Below are positions 1-7,742 of a DNA stretch of 21,407 nt, piece after piece. Each line of letters opens with the position of its first letter. Within the stretch, counting starts at the first letter, position 1. The stretch lies in the NCBI GenBank assembly GCA_040005235.1, contig JBDTZG010000078.1, forward strand, positions 1-21,407. The letters are read 5' to 3'. The position numbers and the translations under genes were made by a program. The notes below the pieces were generated by a model, which was given only the letters and a program-made list of their open reading frames with translations, was not told the DNA's origin and did not search any database. The stretch comes from Acidobacteriota bacterium. GTDB taxonomy: Bacteria; Acidobacteriota; Thermoanaerobaculia; Multivoradales; UBA5704.

Positions 1-468
1 CAGCTCGATCAGGCAGCGCCGGATGAAGTTTGCCGGCAGGTGGGTGAAGACCGACTGAGCGAGCGCCATGTCGAACCGGGTACCGAACCGCCAGGCCTCG
101 AACGAGCCGTTCGCGAGCAGGTTTTCGCGCGGCAGGCGGTCCTGTAATCCCACCGCCACCAGCTCCACGTCGTAGCCCGCGTCGAGCAGCGGGGCGCTGA
201 CGTCGACGCCGAAATAGCGCCCGGGTTCGAGGTAGGGGATCAAGTGAACCCCCGCCCGCAGGCAGCCGCAGCCGACGTCGAGCAGGGTCATGCCCGGCGC
301 GAGCCCTTCGGCCACCAGGTAGTCGAGCTGGAATCGGCCCATCTCCTCCCACAGCCCGCCGATCCAGGTGCGGTGCCAGCCCGAGGCGATCTGCTCGGCC
401 GAAAGCCCTCCGGCGTAGGCATTGAACGCGGTGCTCTCGTGCTCGGCAGAAGTCGGGCCGTCGGTCAT
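1..468 (-). CDS. Class I SAM-dependent methyltransferase (3' end runs off the window)
   Basis: Not in the ORF track because it has no stop in the window. Manual translation from ATG 468: MTDGPTSAEH...HRTWIGGLWEEMGRFQLDYL...TLLDVGCGCLRAG...YFGVD...FDMALAQSVFTHL. It has the motif I LDxGCG and the post-II SVFTH motif. The ATG overlaps the upstream TGA (ATGA, 465-468). Confidence 0.88.
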   Translation of the reverse strand, partial: MTDGPTSAEHESTAFNAYAGGLSAEQIASGWHRTWIGGLWEEMGRFQLDYLVAEGLAPGMTLLDVGCGCLRAGVHLIPYLEPGRYFGVDVSAPLLDAGYDVELVAVGLQDRLPRENLLANGSFEAWRFGTRFDMALAQSVFTHLPANFIRRCLIEL

Positions 469-1943
469 GGTTCGGTCTCCGCGGGGTCGAAGGGGGCAAG
501 CGGCGCCTGCGGCCATCGCGCGTCCAGCGCCCGGCCGCCGAACACCAGCCCAAGCACCAGCAGCCCGGCAACCCCTACGCCGACGATCGCCCGGCGCGAG
601 AGCCGGACCCCCTGCCAGAAACCGGCGACGCCGAATGCGGCGAACAGGTCGAGCGCCGGCATCATCTGGATGCGGTAGCGGGTCTTGGCATGCAGGGCGA
701 GGAAGAGGAGCAGGTTGTAGGCGAGGAACGCGAGGAGCACCGGGCGGATCCCCGCGGCGGAGCGAGCCCAGGCGGAGCGCCCCCGGGCGATTCCCACCAA
801 CGCGGCGAGCAGGATGGCGGCGTAGATCGAGATCCCTGCCAGGCGTAGGAAGGCGGCCAGCCCCGGCGGCACGCCTCGGTAGCCGTGGTCCTGAGCGACG
901 ATCGCGCCGCCCGGCAGCTGGTCGGTGAAGAAGGACTCCCGGTCGAACAGGCGGAACGGCTGCCGCTCGATCTGGCGCAGAGAGAGCTTCGGGATTCCCT
1001 CCCGGGCGACCAGGCGGCGGATCTTCTCGTCGAGGATCGCGTTGCGTTCGGGGAAGGTCGGCGCGCTCTTGCGGTAGAGATCGTATTTGTGGCCGACGAT
1101 CTCGCCCACCAGGTTGCGCCGCGAGGTGTCGTTCAATCCCACCCAGAGGTTGAACTTCGAGCTGTCGGCGAGCCGAAAGCCGATCCCTTCCCGGACGTTC
1201 GCGAGCAGCGTGGGGGTAAGAGTCGCGGCGAGGGCCAAGGCGGCGACCAGCGCGCAGAGTACGCCGCGGCGGGCGCCGAAGCGGCGGAAGATCGCGACGA
1301 AAAGGGGAATGAACAGGATCGGCACGAACGGCAGCAGGAGGCTTTTGGCCTGGAGCGCCAAGCCGAACGCCGCGCCGAGAAGCGCGAGGCCGATCCACGG
1401 CGGGCGGACCGGGGGAGAAGCGGTTCGACCTTCTCCTTCGGCGATCCGCTCGCCGATCCGGACCATCCCCCAGAGCGCGGCCACGAACAGGAACAGATGA
1501 ACGATCTCGGGCCAGAGGTAGTGGGAGAAAGCCGCCACCTGGGGATCGAGCAGCAGCAGGCCGCCCGCCAGAGCACCCGCGAGGCCGGCGGCCGGGCCCT
1601 CGCCGCCGTACGTCCGCCGCGCGAGATCGGCGAGGAGCAGCGCCGTGCCCACCAACAGAAGAGTCTGGGCGATCTCGACCGCCAGATGGGAGCCTCCCAG
1701 GGCGGCCAGCAGGTGGGGGTAGAGCGGCGGCCAGAGCGGATCGAGGTCGCTCGCGCCGCCGCCGAGCACCCGGCGCGCCGCGGTGAGGTAGAGCACCTCG
1801 TCCCCCCATAGGTGGCGTCCGGCGCCCCCTTTCTCCAGGGCGAACAGAATCGCCTGAAGCGCCGCGGCGAGCCCCGCGACGACCATCGCGACGCGGGCGA
1901 CGACACGCCCGGAGAGAGGGGAACGGAAGGCTGGTTCGCTCAT
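465..1943 (-). CDS. Multi-pass membrane GT-C fold glycosyltransferase (ArnT/PMT-like)
   Basis: An N-terminal TM helix is followed by LWGDEVLY (acidic DE motif in the first external loop), WPPLYP, YLWPE, about 10-11 hydrophobic segments and a C-terminal RYRI motif. ATG 1943 is preferred over the track's TTG 1955. Confidence 0.72.
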   Translation of the reverse strand: MSEPAFRSPLSGRVVARVAMVVAGLAAALQAILFALEKGGAGRHLWGDEVLYLTAARRVLGGGASDLDPLWPPLYPHLLAALGGSHLAVEIAQTLLLVGTALLLADLARRTYGGEGPAAGLAGALAGGLLLLDPQVAAFSHYLWPEIVHLFLFVAALWGMVRIGERIAEGEGRTASPPVRPPWIGLALLGAAFGLALQAKSLLLPFVPILFIPLFVAIFRRFGARRGVLCALVAALALAATLTPTLLANVREGIGFRLADSSKFNLWVGLNDTSRRNLVGEIVGHKYDLYRKSAPTFPERNAILDEKIRRLVAREGIPKLSLRQIERQPFRLFDRESFFTDQLPGGAIVAQDHGYRGVPPGLAAFLRLAGISIYAAILLAALVGIARGRSAWARSAAGIRPVLLAFLAYNLLLFLALHAKTRYRIQMMPALDLFAAFGVAGFWQGVRLSRRAIVGVGVAGLLVLGLVFGGRALDARWPQAPLAPFDPAETEP

Positions 1944-2056
1944 CGGTCGCGGCAACTCTATCGTCTCGTCGCCCGACCGGATCGCGGGTGCGATACGCTT
2001 GTCCCCGATAACCGGTCTTCCAAGACCCCGTCGGCCACTATTCGGAGAGCTTCGCG

Positions 2057-2587
2057 ATGATTTCGATCGATGAGAACCGCAGGACCCGACCGACCGCCGC
2101 CCGGCTCGGCGCCGCGCTGCTTGGTGCGCTGCTGATGATCGGCCTTTCCGCCTGCAACAAGGTCGGCTCCCCGTCCGGTTCGCCGATGGCCGATTCGGCG
2201 TATCAAGTCGAATGGCTCTCGGCGGAGGTCCCGGCGCAGATGAAGCCGGGCGAGGTGGTGAACGTCAAGGTCAAGATCCGCAACATCAGCGATCAGGTCT
2301 GGCCCGACCCCAAGACCGCCGATGCCGCCGCCAGCGGCGCCTACGCCGTGCGCCTCGCCTGGCGCTGGCGCACCTCGGATGAGATGACGACGGGCGAGGG
2401 GACGACCTCCCGCACCGACCTCACCGAGCCGCTCGGCCCCGGGCGCGAGGCAACCCTCGCGATCGACGTCACGGCGCCGAAACAGCCCGGGCAATACCGC
2501 CTCCAGTTCGACATGGTCCAGGAGATGGTGGCCTTCTTCGAAGATCGGGGCGCAAAGGTCGAAATCGTCCCGGTGAACGTCCAGTAG
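2057..2587 (+). CDS. Lipoprotein with a single Ig-like (NBR1/FW-like) beta-sandwich domain
   Basis: Basic n-region, hydrophobic h-region and lipobox LSA-C33. Pattern PGEVVNVKVKIRN..W...VRLAWRW...PGREATLAIDVTAPKQPGQYRLQFDMV. RBS GGAGAG at 2044-2049. Confidence 0.75.
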   Translation: MISIDENRRTRPTAARLGAALLGALLMIGLSACNKVGSPSGSPMADSAYQVEWLSAEVPAQMKPGEVVNVKVKIRNISDQVWPDPKTADAAASGAYAVRLAWRWRTSDEMTTGEGTTSRTDLTEPLGPGREATLAIDVTAPKQPGQYRLQFDMVQEMVAFFEDRGAKVEIVPVNVQ

Positions 2588-2622
2588 GGCGCGCCACGGC
2601 GCGGAAGGAGGGCTCGACCGGA

Positions 2623-3873
2623 GTGCAGATCTTCGTCCTCGGCATGCACCGTTCGGGAACCTCGGCGCTCGCGCGCACCCTGGCTCTCCTGGGGTGCTAC
2701 GTGGGCGACTCGGACGATTTCCCTGCCGCCGACGCGGCCAATCCGCGTGGCTATTGGGAGCGGCGCGATGTTTGGCGCCTCGACGAGGATCTGCTCCAGG
2801 CGCTCGGTGCCGCCTGGGACGAGGTGGGCCACCTCAACCCCGATCTCCTCCTTTCGGCGCTGTCCACAGAAGACGTCCAGGCGCTCGAACGGCGCGCCCG
2901 GGAGATCGTCGCCGGCCTCGATGTCCTGAGCGGGGCGGGGCGGCCCTGGGCGGTCAAGGACCCTCGGCTCTGCTTGACGTTTCCCCTCTGGCGCCGGGTG
3001 CTTAAGGAACCGGTCTGCGTGATCATCGAGCGGTCGCCCCTCTCCGTCGCCCGGTCGCTCGCGGCGCGCGACGGCTTCCCCCTGGCGCTCGGGCTCGGCC
3101 TTTGGGAGCGCCACCTCCGCTCCGCGCTCGCCGCTTCGGCCGGGCTGCCACGGCTGCTCGTCCGCTACGAAGATCTGATCGATCGGCCGCGCGAGACTGC
3201 CGAACGGCTGCGCCTGGAGCTTCAAGCGCTCGGCGTGACCGGCCTTTCCGATCCCGCCGAGGGCGCGCTCGAAGCGTTTCTCGACCCCGCGCTCGAACGT
3301 CATCCCCGCGAGCCCGAGGTCGAAGGCGAAATGATGAACCCGCCGCAGAGGGCGTTGCGCGATGCGCTCCGCGAGGGCCTGCCGGAGGAGGCCGGAGCGC
3401 TCTCGCTCGGCGCTCGCGACCTGCTCGAACGCCACGCGGCCGACAGCCGCCAGAACTGGGCGCGCCGGGCCGAAATCGAGAATCTTCACGCCCGCCTGGC
3501 GGAAACGGCCGCGAGCGGCGAACGCGAACGCGCCGCCTTCGAAGCGGGGCTCGCGAAAGCGGCGAGGACCGCCGAAGCTGAGCGCGCGGCGCGGCGAGAA
3601 GCCGAGAAGGTCGGGGGCACGGAGCGAGAGGCGCGCAAGGAGTCCGAGCGGATCGCCGCGGCCGAACGAACCGCCCGCCTGGAAGGCGAACGGCGCGCCG
3701 CCGAAGCCTTCACCGCCGAACGCGAATCCCGCGAACGCGCAGAGGCGAATGTGCAAGTCCTCACCGAGCAGGCCCGGGCGCTTCAAGAGAAAATCGCCGA
3801 AGATTCCGCGGCTTTCGCCTTGGAGCACGCCGAGCGTTTGCGGCTGGAAGCGGCACTGGCGAAAGGGACATAG
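2623..3873 (+). CDS. Sulfotransferase-family (PAPS-binding P-loop) protein with C-terminal Ala/Glu/Arg-rich coiled coil
   Basis: FVLGMHRSGTS (5'-phosphosulfate-binding-like loop), NPRGYWE, VKDPR, RSPLSVARSL (3'-PB-like) and VRYEDL. The last ~130 aa are a charged helical coiled coil. GTG start, with AAGGAGG at 2605-2611. Confidence 0.8.
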   Translation: MQIFVLGMHRSGTSALARTLALLGCYVGDSDDFPAADAANPRGYWERRDVWRLDEDLLQALGAAWDEVGHLNPDLLLSALSTEDVQALERRAREIVAGLDVLSGAGRPWAVKDPRLCLTFPLWRRVLKEPVCVIIERSPLSVARSLAARDGFPLALGLGLWERHLRSALAASAGLPRLLVRYEDLIDRPRETAERLRLELQALGVTGLSDPAEGALEAFLDPALERHPREPEVEGEMMNPPQRALRDALREGLPEEAGALSLGARDLLERHAADSRQNWARRAEIENLHARLAETAASGERERAAFEAGLAKAARTAEAERAARREAEKVGGTEREARKESERIAAAERTARLEGERRAAEAFTAERESRERAEANVQVLTEQARALQEKIAEDSAAFALEHAERLRLEAALAKGT

Positions 3874-3892
3874 GGCGGAGCGCTGTTCGCCG

Positions 3893-3915
3893 TATACTAA
3901 GCCGACCCGAGGAGG
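3893..3915 (+). promoter_or_regulatory. Putative -10 box and RBS of the TA operon
   Basis: TATACT at 3893-3898 and GGAGG at 3911-3915, 6 nt before ATG 3922. No clear -35. Confidence 0.5.
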
Positions 3916-3921
3916 TTTCGA

Positions 3922-4347
3922 ATGGCCGCCACCACCCAGTCCATCGTTAGAGCTCTCGGCGGCACCCATGTGTTTCGCCGCCAGGTCAGGGGCCTAGAGG
4001 ATTTGCTCGCCCGGGTCCGGGCAGGATTGCCCTTTGCGGCCGTCGACGAGGTCGGAGAGCGATTCGGCCTTGATCGCGACGATCTTCAGGCCCTCCTTCG
4101 GCTGTCGACTTCACCATCGTCCCAAGGCCTTCTAGGAGCGGAGGAATCGGATCGCTTGGTCCGACTGGCTAGAATTGCGGCATTGGCGTCCGACGTTTTG
4201 GGCGATGACGCGAGGGCCTCTCGTTGGTTGCAGCGCCCCAATCGGGCTCTCTCGGGTCGGCTCCCATTGTCGCTGCTCGACACCGATCTTGGAGCGCGAG
4301 AAGTGGAGACTGTTCTCGGCCGAATCGAATTCGGCGTCTATAGCTGA
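3922..4347 (+). CDS. Type II TA antitoxin, Xre/MbcA/ParS family (DUF2384-type C-terminus)
   Basis: VRAGLP...EESDRLVRLARI...VLGD...ASRWLQRPNRALSGRLPLSLLDTDLGAREVETVLGRIEFGVYS. It lies directly upstream of a RES gene. Confidence 0.92.
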   Translation: MAATTQSIVRALGGTHVFRRQVRGLEDLLARVRAGLPFAAVDEVGERFGLDRDDLQALLRLSTSPSSQGLLGAEESDRLVRLARIAALASDVLGDDARASRWLQRPNRALSGRLPLSLLDTDLGAREVETVLGRIEFGVYS

Positions 4348-4359
4348 GACGTCTACTCG

Positions 4360-4881
4360 ATGGCTCGAGGTCTGGCGCAGTCCAGGGAAATCTGGCGCAT
4401 CGTCAAAGCGCGCCGAACGTTCAGCGCCTTCGATGGAGAGGGGGCGCGGCGATTTGGAGGAAGGTGGAATTCGCCGGGAACCCCCATGGTCTACACATCG
4501 GGAACCTTGTCTCTCGCAGCGCTTGAGCTCTTGGTCCATCTGGATTTGCAAGAGGAGCCCTCCGACCTCATTGCGATCCAGGCGCTACTCCCCAAGGGCC
4601 TTCAGGTCGACGTGCTCGAAGCGAGTGACCTTCCTGCAACGTGGAGGAATCTCCCTTCGCCGGAGGATCTCCGTGAACTGGGAAGCCGGTGGGTCCGAGA
4701 AGCTCGAACACCGGTTCTATCCGTGCCTTCGGTGATCGTTCCACGAGAGCGCAACTTTCTGCTGAATCCGCTCCATCCGGCGATGGCTCGAATTCGAGTC
4801 GTCGACTGGGAGCCTTTTACCCTGGATTCCAGAGTCTTCAAAGGCAAGGCGGCCCCTTCACGCCGGAAACGACGCGATTAG
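4360..4881 (+). CDS. RES-domain toxin (MbcT/ParT-like NAD+-consuming enzyme)
   Basis: WRI, FDGEGA..GGRWNSPG, VYTS, LAALE, LSVPSVIVP.ERNFLLNP.H. The conserved R, Y, E, S and N residues are present. Confidence 0.92.
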   Translation: MARGLAQSREIWRIVKARRTFSAFDGEGARRFGGRWNSPGTPMVYTSGTLSLAALELLVHLDLQEEPSDLIAIQALLPKGLQVDVLEASDLPATWRNLPSPEDLRELGSRWVREARTPVLSVPSVIVPRERNFLLNPLHPAMARIRVVDWEPFTLDSRVFKGKAAPSRRKRRD

Positions 4882-4942
4882 TCGGCCGCTGACCAATTGG
4901 TTCGTCGCTGCCATTTCTCACGAATCGAAACTCGCCTACGCC

Positions 4943-6361
4943 TTACTCCAGCGCCGTCCGCAACTGCCCCCACCGGCCCCGAAGGCTGTTCAGGATCTGC
5001 CGGTAAAACCAGGGCCGCCGATCGAAGACGACCGGAGTGTGCAGAATGTCCTGCTCTTCGTACGGGTCGAGGTCGAGGTCGAACAGCTGCTCGTAGATCG
5101 GGGTTTCGCTGGTGTAGCGGACGTACTTCCAGCGCGAACGGCGGACGCCTTCGCTCATCGGGATGCGGTTGAACACCAGGTGGTGCTCGAAGAACCAGTC
5201 GCCGCGCCAGGTCGTAGGCGTGCCGAAGACGAGCGGCTTGAGGCTCTTGCCCTGCATGCCGGCGGGAGCGGGAAGGCCGGCGGCGTCGAGGAGGGTCGGG
5301 GCGATATCGACGTTGAGCGCCATCTTCGGAGTTTTGGCCCCCTGGCGCGCCACGGGCATTCCCGGCCAGACGATGAACAGCGGGACGCGGACCGACTCCT
5401 CGTACATCAGCCACTTGCCGGTGAGGCCATGCTCGCCGAGCAGGAGGCCGTTGTCGGAGGTGAAGACGATCACCGTCCGGTCAGCCAGTCCGCGCGCTTC
5501 GAGCGCAGCAAGCATTTCGCCCACCGCGCGGTCCATGCCGGTGATCAGCCGGTAGTAATCCTTGCGTGACTTTTGGTCTAGATCCGGGTTGCCGAACTGG
5601 TCGAACCAGCGGACGCGCCCTTCCGATTCGCGCAGAAACTGCGGCAGCGCGTTGAACGCCGCGTCGGTCGCGGTGTGCGGCTTCGGGATCGTGACGTCGT
5701 CGTAGAGGTGGAGATCCTCGGCGTCCGGCGGCATCGTGCAGGAGCAACCGCCGTCCTGGACGTGTGGGGCCTTGAACGCCACCGTCAATTGGAACGGCTC
5801 GCGCGCGCTGGTCACGAAAGCCGCCGCTTGATGTCCTTGGCGGCGGGTCAGATGTTCGGGGATGCCGGGCTCGAAGTAACTGCCCTGGCCGGCAAAGCCT
5901 TCCCAGTCGTCGAACTCGTGCTCCGGCAGATCGCCGCCAAGCCCCCATTTGCCGATGAACCCGGTGAAGTAACCGGCGCTTCGGAGCAGCGCAGGGTAGG
6001 TCTGGGCGAACGCCTCGGGCGACAGGAACTCCTCGAAGCTGTCCACCCCGTGGCGCCGGTTGTACTGGCCGGTATAGAGCGTGGCGCGGCTCGCGTAGCA
6101 GACCGGCGTGGTGCCGAAGCTGTTGGTGAACATCACGCCCTTCCTCGCGAGCCGATCGAGGTTCGGGGTTTTGACGATCGGGTTGCCCGCGGCGCCGAGC
6201 GCGTCCCACCGTTGGTCGTCGGTCAGGATGAAGATGATGTTCGGCCGCGATGGCGGAGTAGGGGAGACGGATGCCGAACCCTGAGCGGCGCCGGGATTCC
6301 ACACGCCGGTCGCCAGTGCGGCGAGCGTTCCGAGAGGAACGAGCCTTCTCTTGATGTTCAT
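4943..6361 (-). CDS. Exported formylglycine-dependent (S1) sulfatase
   Basis: PNIIFILTDDQR, TPNLDRLA, CYASRATLYTG (FGly motif), GYFTGFIGKW, KAPH, FTSDNG..LGEHG..GKW.MYEESVRVP and LFDLDLDPYE. N-terminal signal peptide MNIKRRLVPLGTLAALA. Confidence 0.93.
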   Translation of the reverse strand: MNIKRRLVPLGTLAALATGVWNPGAAQGSASVSPTPPSRPNIIFILTDDQRWDALGAAGNPIVKTPNLDRLARKGVMFTNSFGTTPVCYASRATLYTGQYNRRHGVDSFEEFLSPEAFAQTYPALLRSAGYFTGFIGKWGLGGDLPEHEFDDWEGFAGQGSYFEPGIPEHLTRRQGHQAAAFVTSAREPFQLTVAFKAPHVQDGGCSCTMPPDAEDLHLYDDVTIPKPHTATDAAFNALPQFLRESEGRVRWFDQFGNPDLDQKSRKDYYRLITGMDRAVGEMLAALEARGLADRTVIVFTSDNGLLLGEHGLTGKWLMYEESVRVPLFIVWPGMPVARQGAKTPKMALNVDIAPTLLDAAGLPAPAGMQGKSLKPLVFGTPTTWRGDWFFEHHLVFNRIPMSEGVRRSRWKYVRYTSETPIYEQLFDLDLDPYEEQDILHTPVVFDRRPWFYRQILNSLRGRWGQLRTALE

Positions 6362-6423
6362 GATCCCCGAAGGCTAGCACGCGCTCTCGCGTCTGGAACC
6401 GGCGATCAGCAGCTCAATTTTGC

Positions 6424-6481
6424 CTGGATAACGGCTCTCGGCCCTGCCTAGCGGCTATCGGTACTGGATAGCGGCTATCTG
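6424..6481. repeat. Three tandem imperfect 20-bp-period repeats with palindromic core GATAGC-N-GCTATC
   Basis: ctggataacggctctcgg (6424), ctgcctagcggctatcgg (6444), ctggatagcggctatctg (6464). The dyad is perfect at 6467-6479. Confidence 0.85.
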
Positions 6482-6613
6482 GAGGTCAGAAGGCATTTCC
6501 CTCGTTGCCGGGTGCCAGCGCGAGTCGCTGAGGGCCCTCGCCGCCTAAGAATCGGCCTCCGTCTTGGCCGCTGCTGTACGGTATCGCATCTTGCTCTCCG
6601 CCGTCACGCGGGA

Positions 6614-6638
6614 TGTTAGAATTCGCTCCTTCCAGGAG
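6614..6638 (+). promoter_or_regulatory. Extended -10 promoter and RBS for the thioredoxin gene
   Basis: TGtTAGAAT at 6614-6622 and AGGAG at 6634-6638, upstream of ATG 6649. Confidence 0.55.
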
Positions 6639-6648
6639 ACCGACGCCC

Positions 6649-7155
6649 ATGCCGCAGAACCGCCGACCTCTGTTTCGCACCTCGCTCGCCACACTTCTCG
6701 CCGTGTTCGGCGTGCTCGCCGCTTTGCCCCCTCGTCCTGCCCATGCGGGCGGCGATTGGAATGACGCCGGGATCGCTTGGCGCTCCTATGCCGACGGTAT
6801 TGCGGAGGCGAAGAAGGACGGCAAGCCGATCTGCCTGATCGCTTTCACCGAGTGGTGCCCGCACTGCAAGAACTACAGCGGCGTGTTCCATGACGCGAAA
6901 GTGGTCGAGATGTCGAAGAAGTTCGTGATGATCCGGCTCGACCAGGATCAGAACAAGGACCTGCTCAAGGATTTCGGCCCTGACGGGCAGTACATCCCGC
7001 GCACCCTCTTCTTGTCCTCGGTCGGCAAGCTCGACCCGGATCTTCGGGCACCGCGCGAGACCTTCCGCTATTTCTATGAAGAAAGCCGGCCGGACGGCCC
7101 CTCGGGGGTCCTCGGCGGCATGCAGCGCGCGCTGGACAAGCTGGCCGCGAAATAG
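6649..7155 (+). CDS. Exported thioredoxin-fold thiol-disulfide oxidoreductase (ERp18/TXNDC12/AGR-like)
   Basis: Signal peptide ending AHA. W..GIAEAKKDGKP, EWCPHCK active site, FVMIRLD, cis-Pro loop PDGQYIPRTLFL and FRYFY. ATG 6649 is preferred over 6613 because the RBS and promoter lie between them. Confidence 0.85.
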   Translation: MPQNRRPLFRTSLATLLAVFGVLAALPPRPAHAGGDWNDAGIAWRSYADGIAEAKKDGKPICLIAFTEWCPHCKNYSGVFHDAKVVEMSKKFVMIRLDQDQNKDLLKDFGPDGQYIPRTLFLSSVGKLDPDLRAPRETFRYFYEESRPDGPSGVLGGMQRALDKLAAK

Positions 7156-7295
7156 CCTTGCTCTCCCCCTTGATAGGAGTCTCTCGGCGGCACCAACCGA
7201 CGAGGTGTATTTCGTTGTCTCGGGAAAGTATTTGGGGCGCACCTTCTATTGTAGAGGTCGCGGTTTAGCGAGTTCTCTCACAGAGGAGATGCTCC

Positions 7296-7718
7296 ATGCG
7301 CAAAAATCTCTTTACCGCCGAATGTGTCTTAACCTTCGCCCTGTCGTTCAACGTGGCCTCGGCGCATGCCGCGCCGACTTGTTCCGATGCTCTGGGAGCA
7401 CTGTTCACGCCGGCGCCTATTTCCCAGGCGAGCTGCATCGCCTGCTCGGGGAGCTATACGACATCCGCCGGGGGAGGAGGAGCATCGCATTGGGGCTTTG
7501 GTTCAACCTGTGCTGCCGCCCTGACCGACCTCACGAACCAGACCAAGGCCGCCGCCAATAACTATTGCCTGGCGAACGTCGATGACTACCTTTCCTGCAA
7601 TTTCGCGCTCGTCATTACCGGCAGCTGTGCATGGACCGGCAGCCAGTATCGGTACGATGGTTACGCCAACTTCAGCTGCAAGGTGTGGGTCGTAGGCCCA
7701 GGCTGTCCGCGGCCGTAA
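7296..7718 (+). CDS. Small secreted cysteine-rich protein of unknown function
   Basis: RBS AGAGGAG at 7282-7288. Signal peptide ending AHA, a Pro-rich linker (LFTPAP), then a ~95-aa domain with 8 Cys, plus 1 Cys in the linker. Confidence 0.78.
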   Translation: MRKNLFTAECVLTFALSFNVASAHAAPTCSDALGALFTPAPISQASCIACSGSYTTSAGGGGASHWGFGSTCAAALTDLTNQTKAAANNYCLANVDDYLSCNFALVITGSCAWTGSQYRYDGYANFSCKVWVVGPGCPRP

Positions 7719-7742
7719 GGGAGATCGATCCCCCAGCTTTCG

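Noticed and set aside
4892-4901. Perfect 10-bp palindrome ACCAATTGGT between the RES toxin and sulfatase 3' ends
   Set aside because: Single short occurrence with no loop or U-tract, compatible with chance.
6424-6481. Possible mini-CRISPR array
   Set aside because: The 20-bp period leaves no room for spacers and no cas genes are present. It is kept as a tandem repeat.
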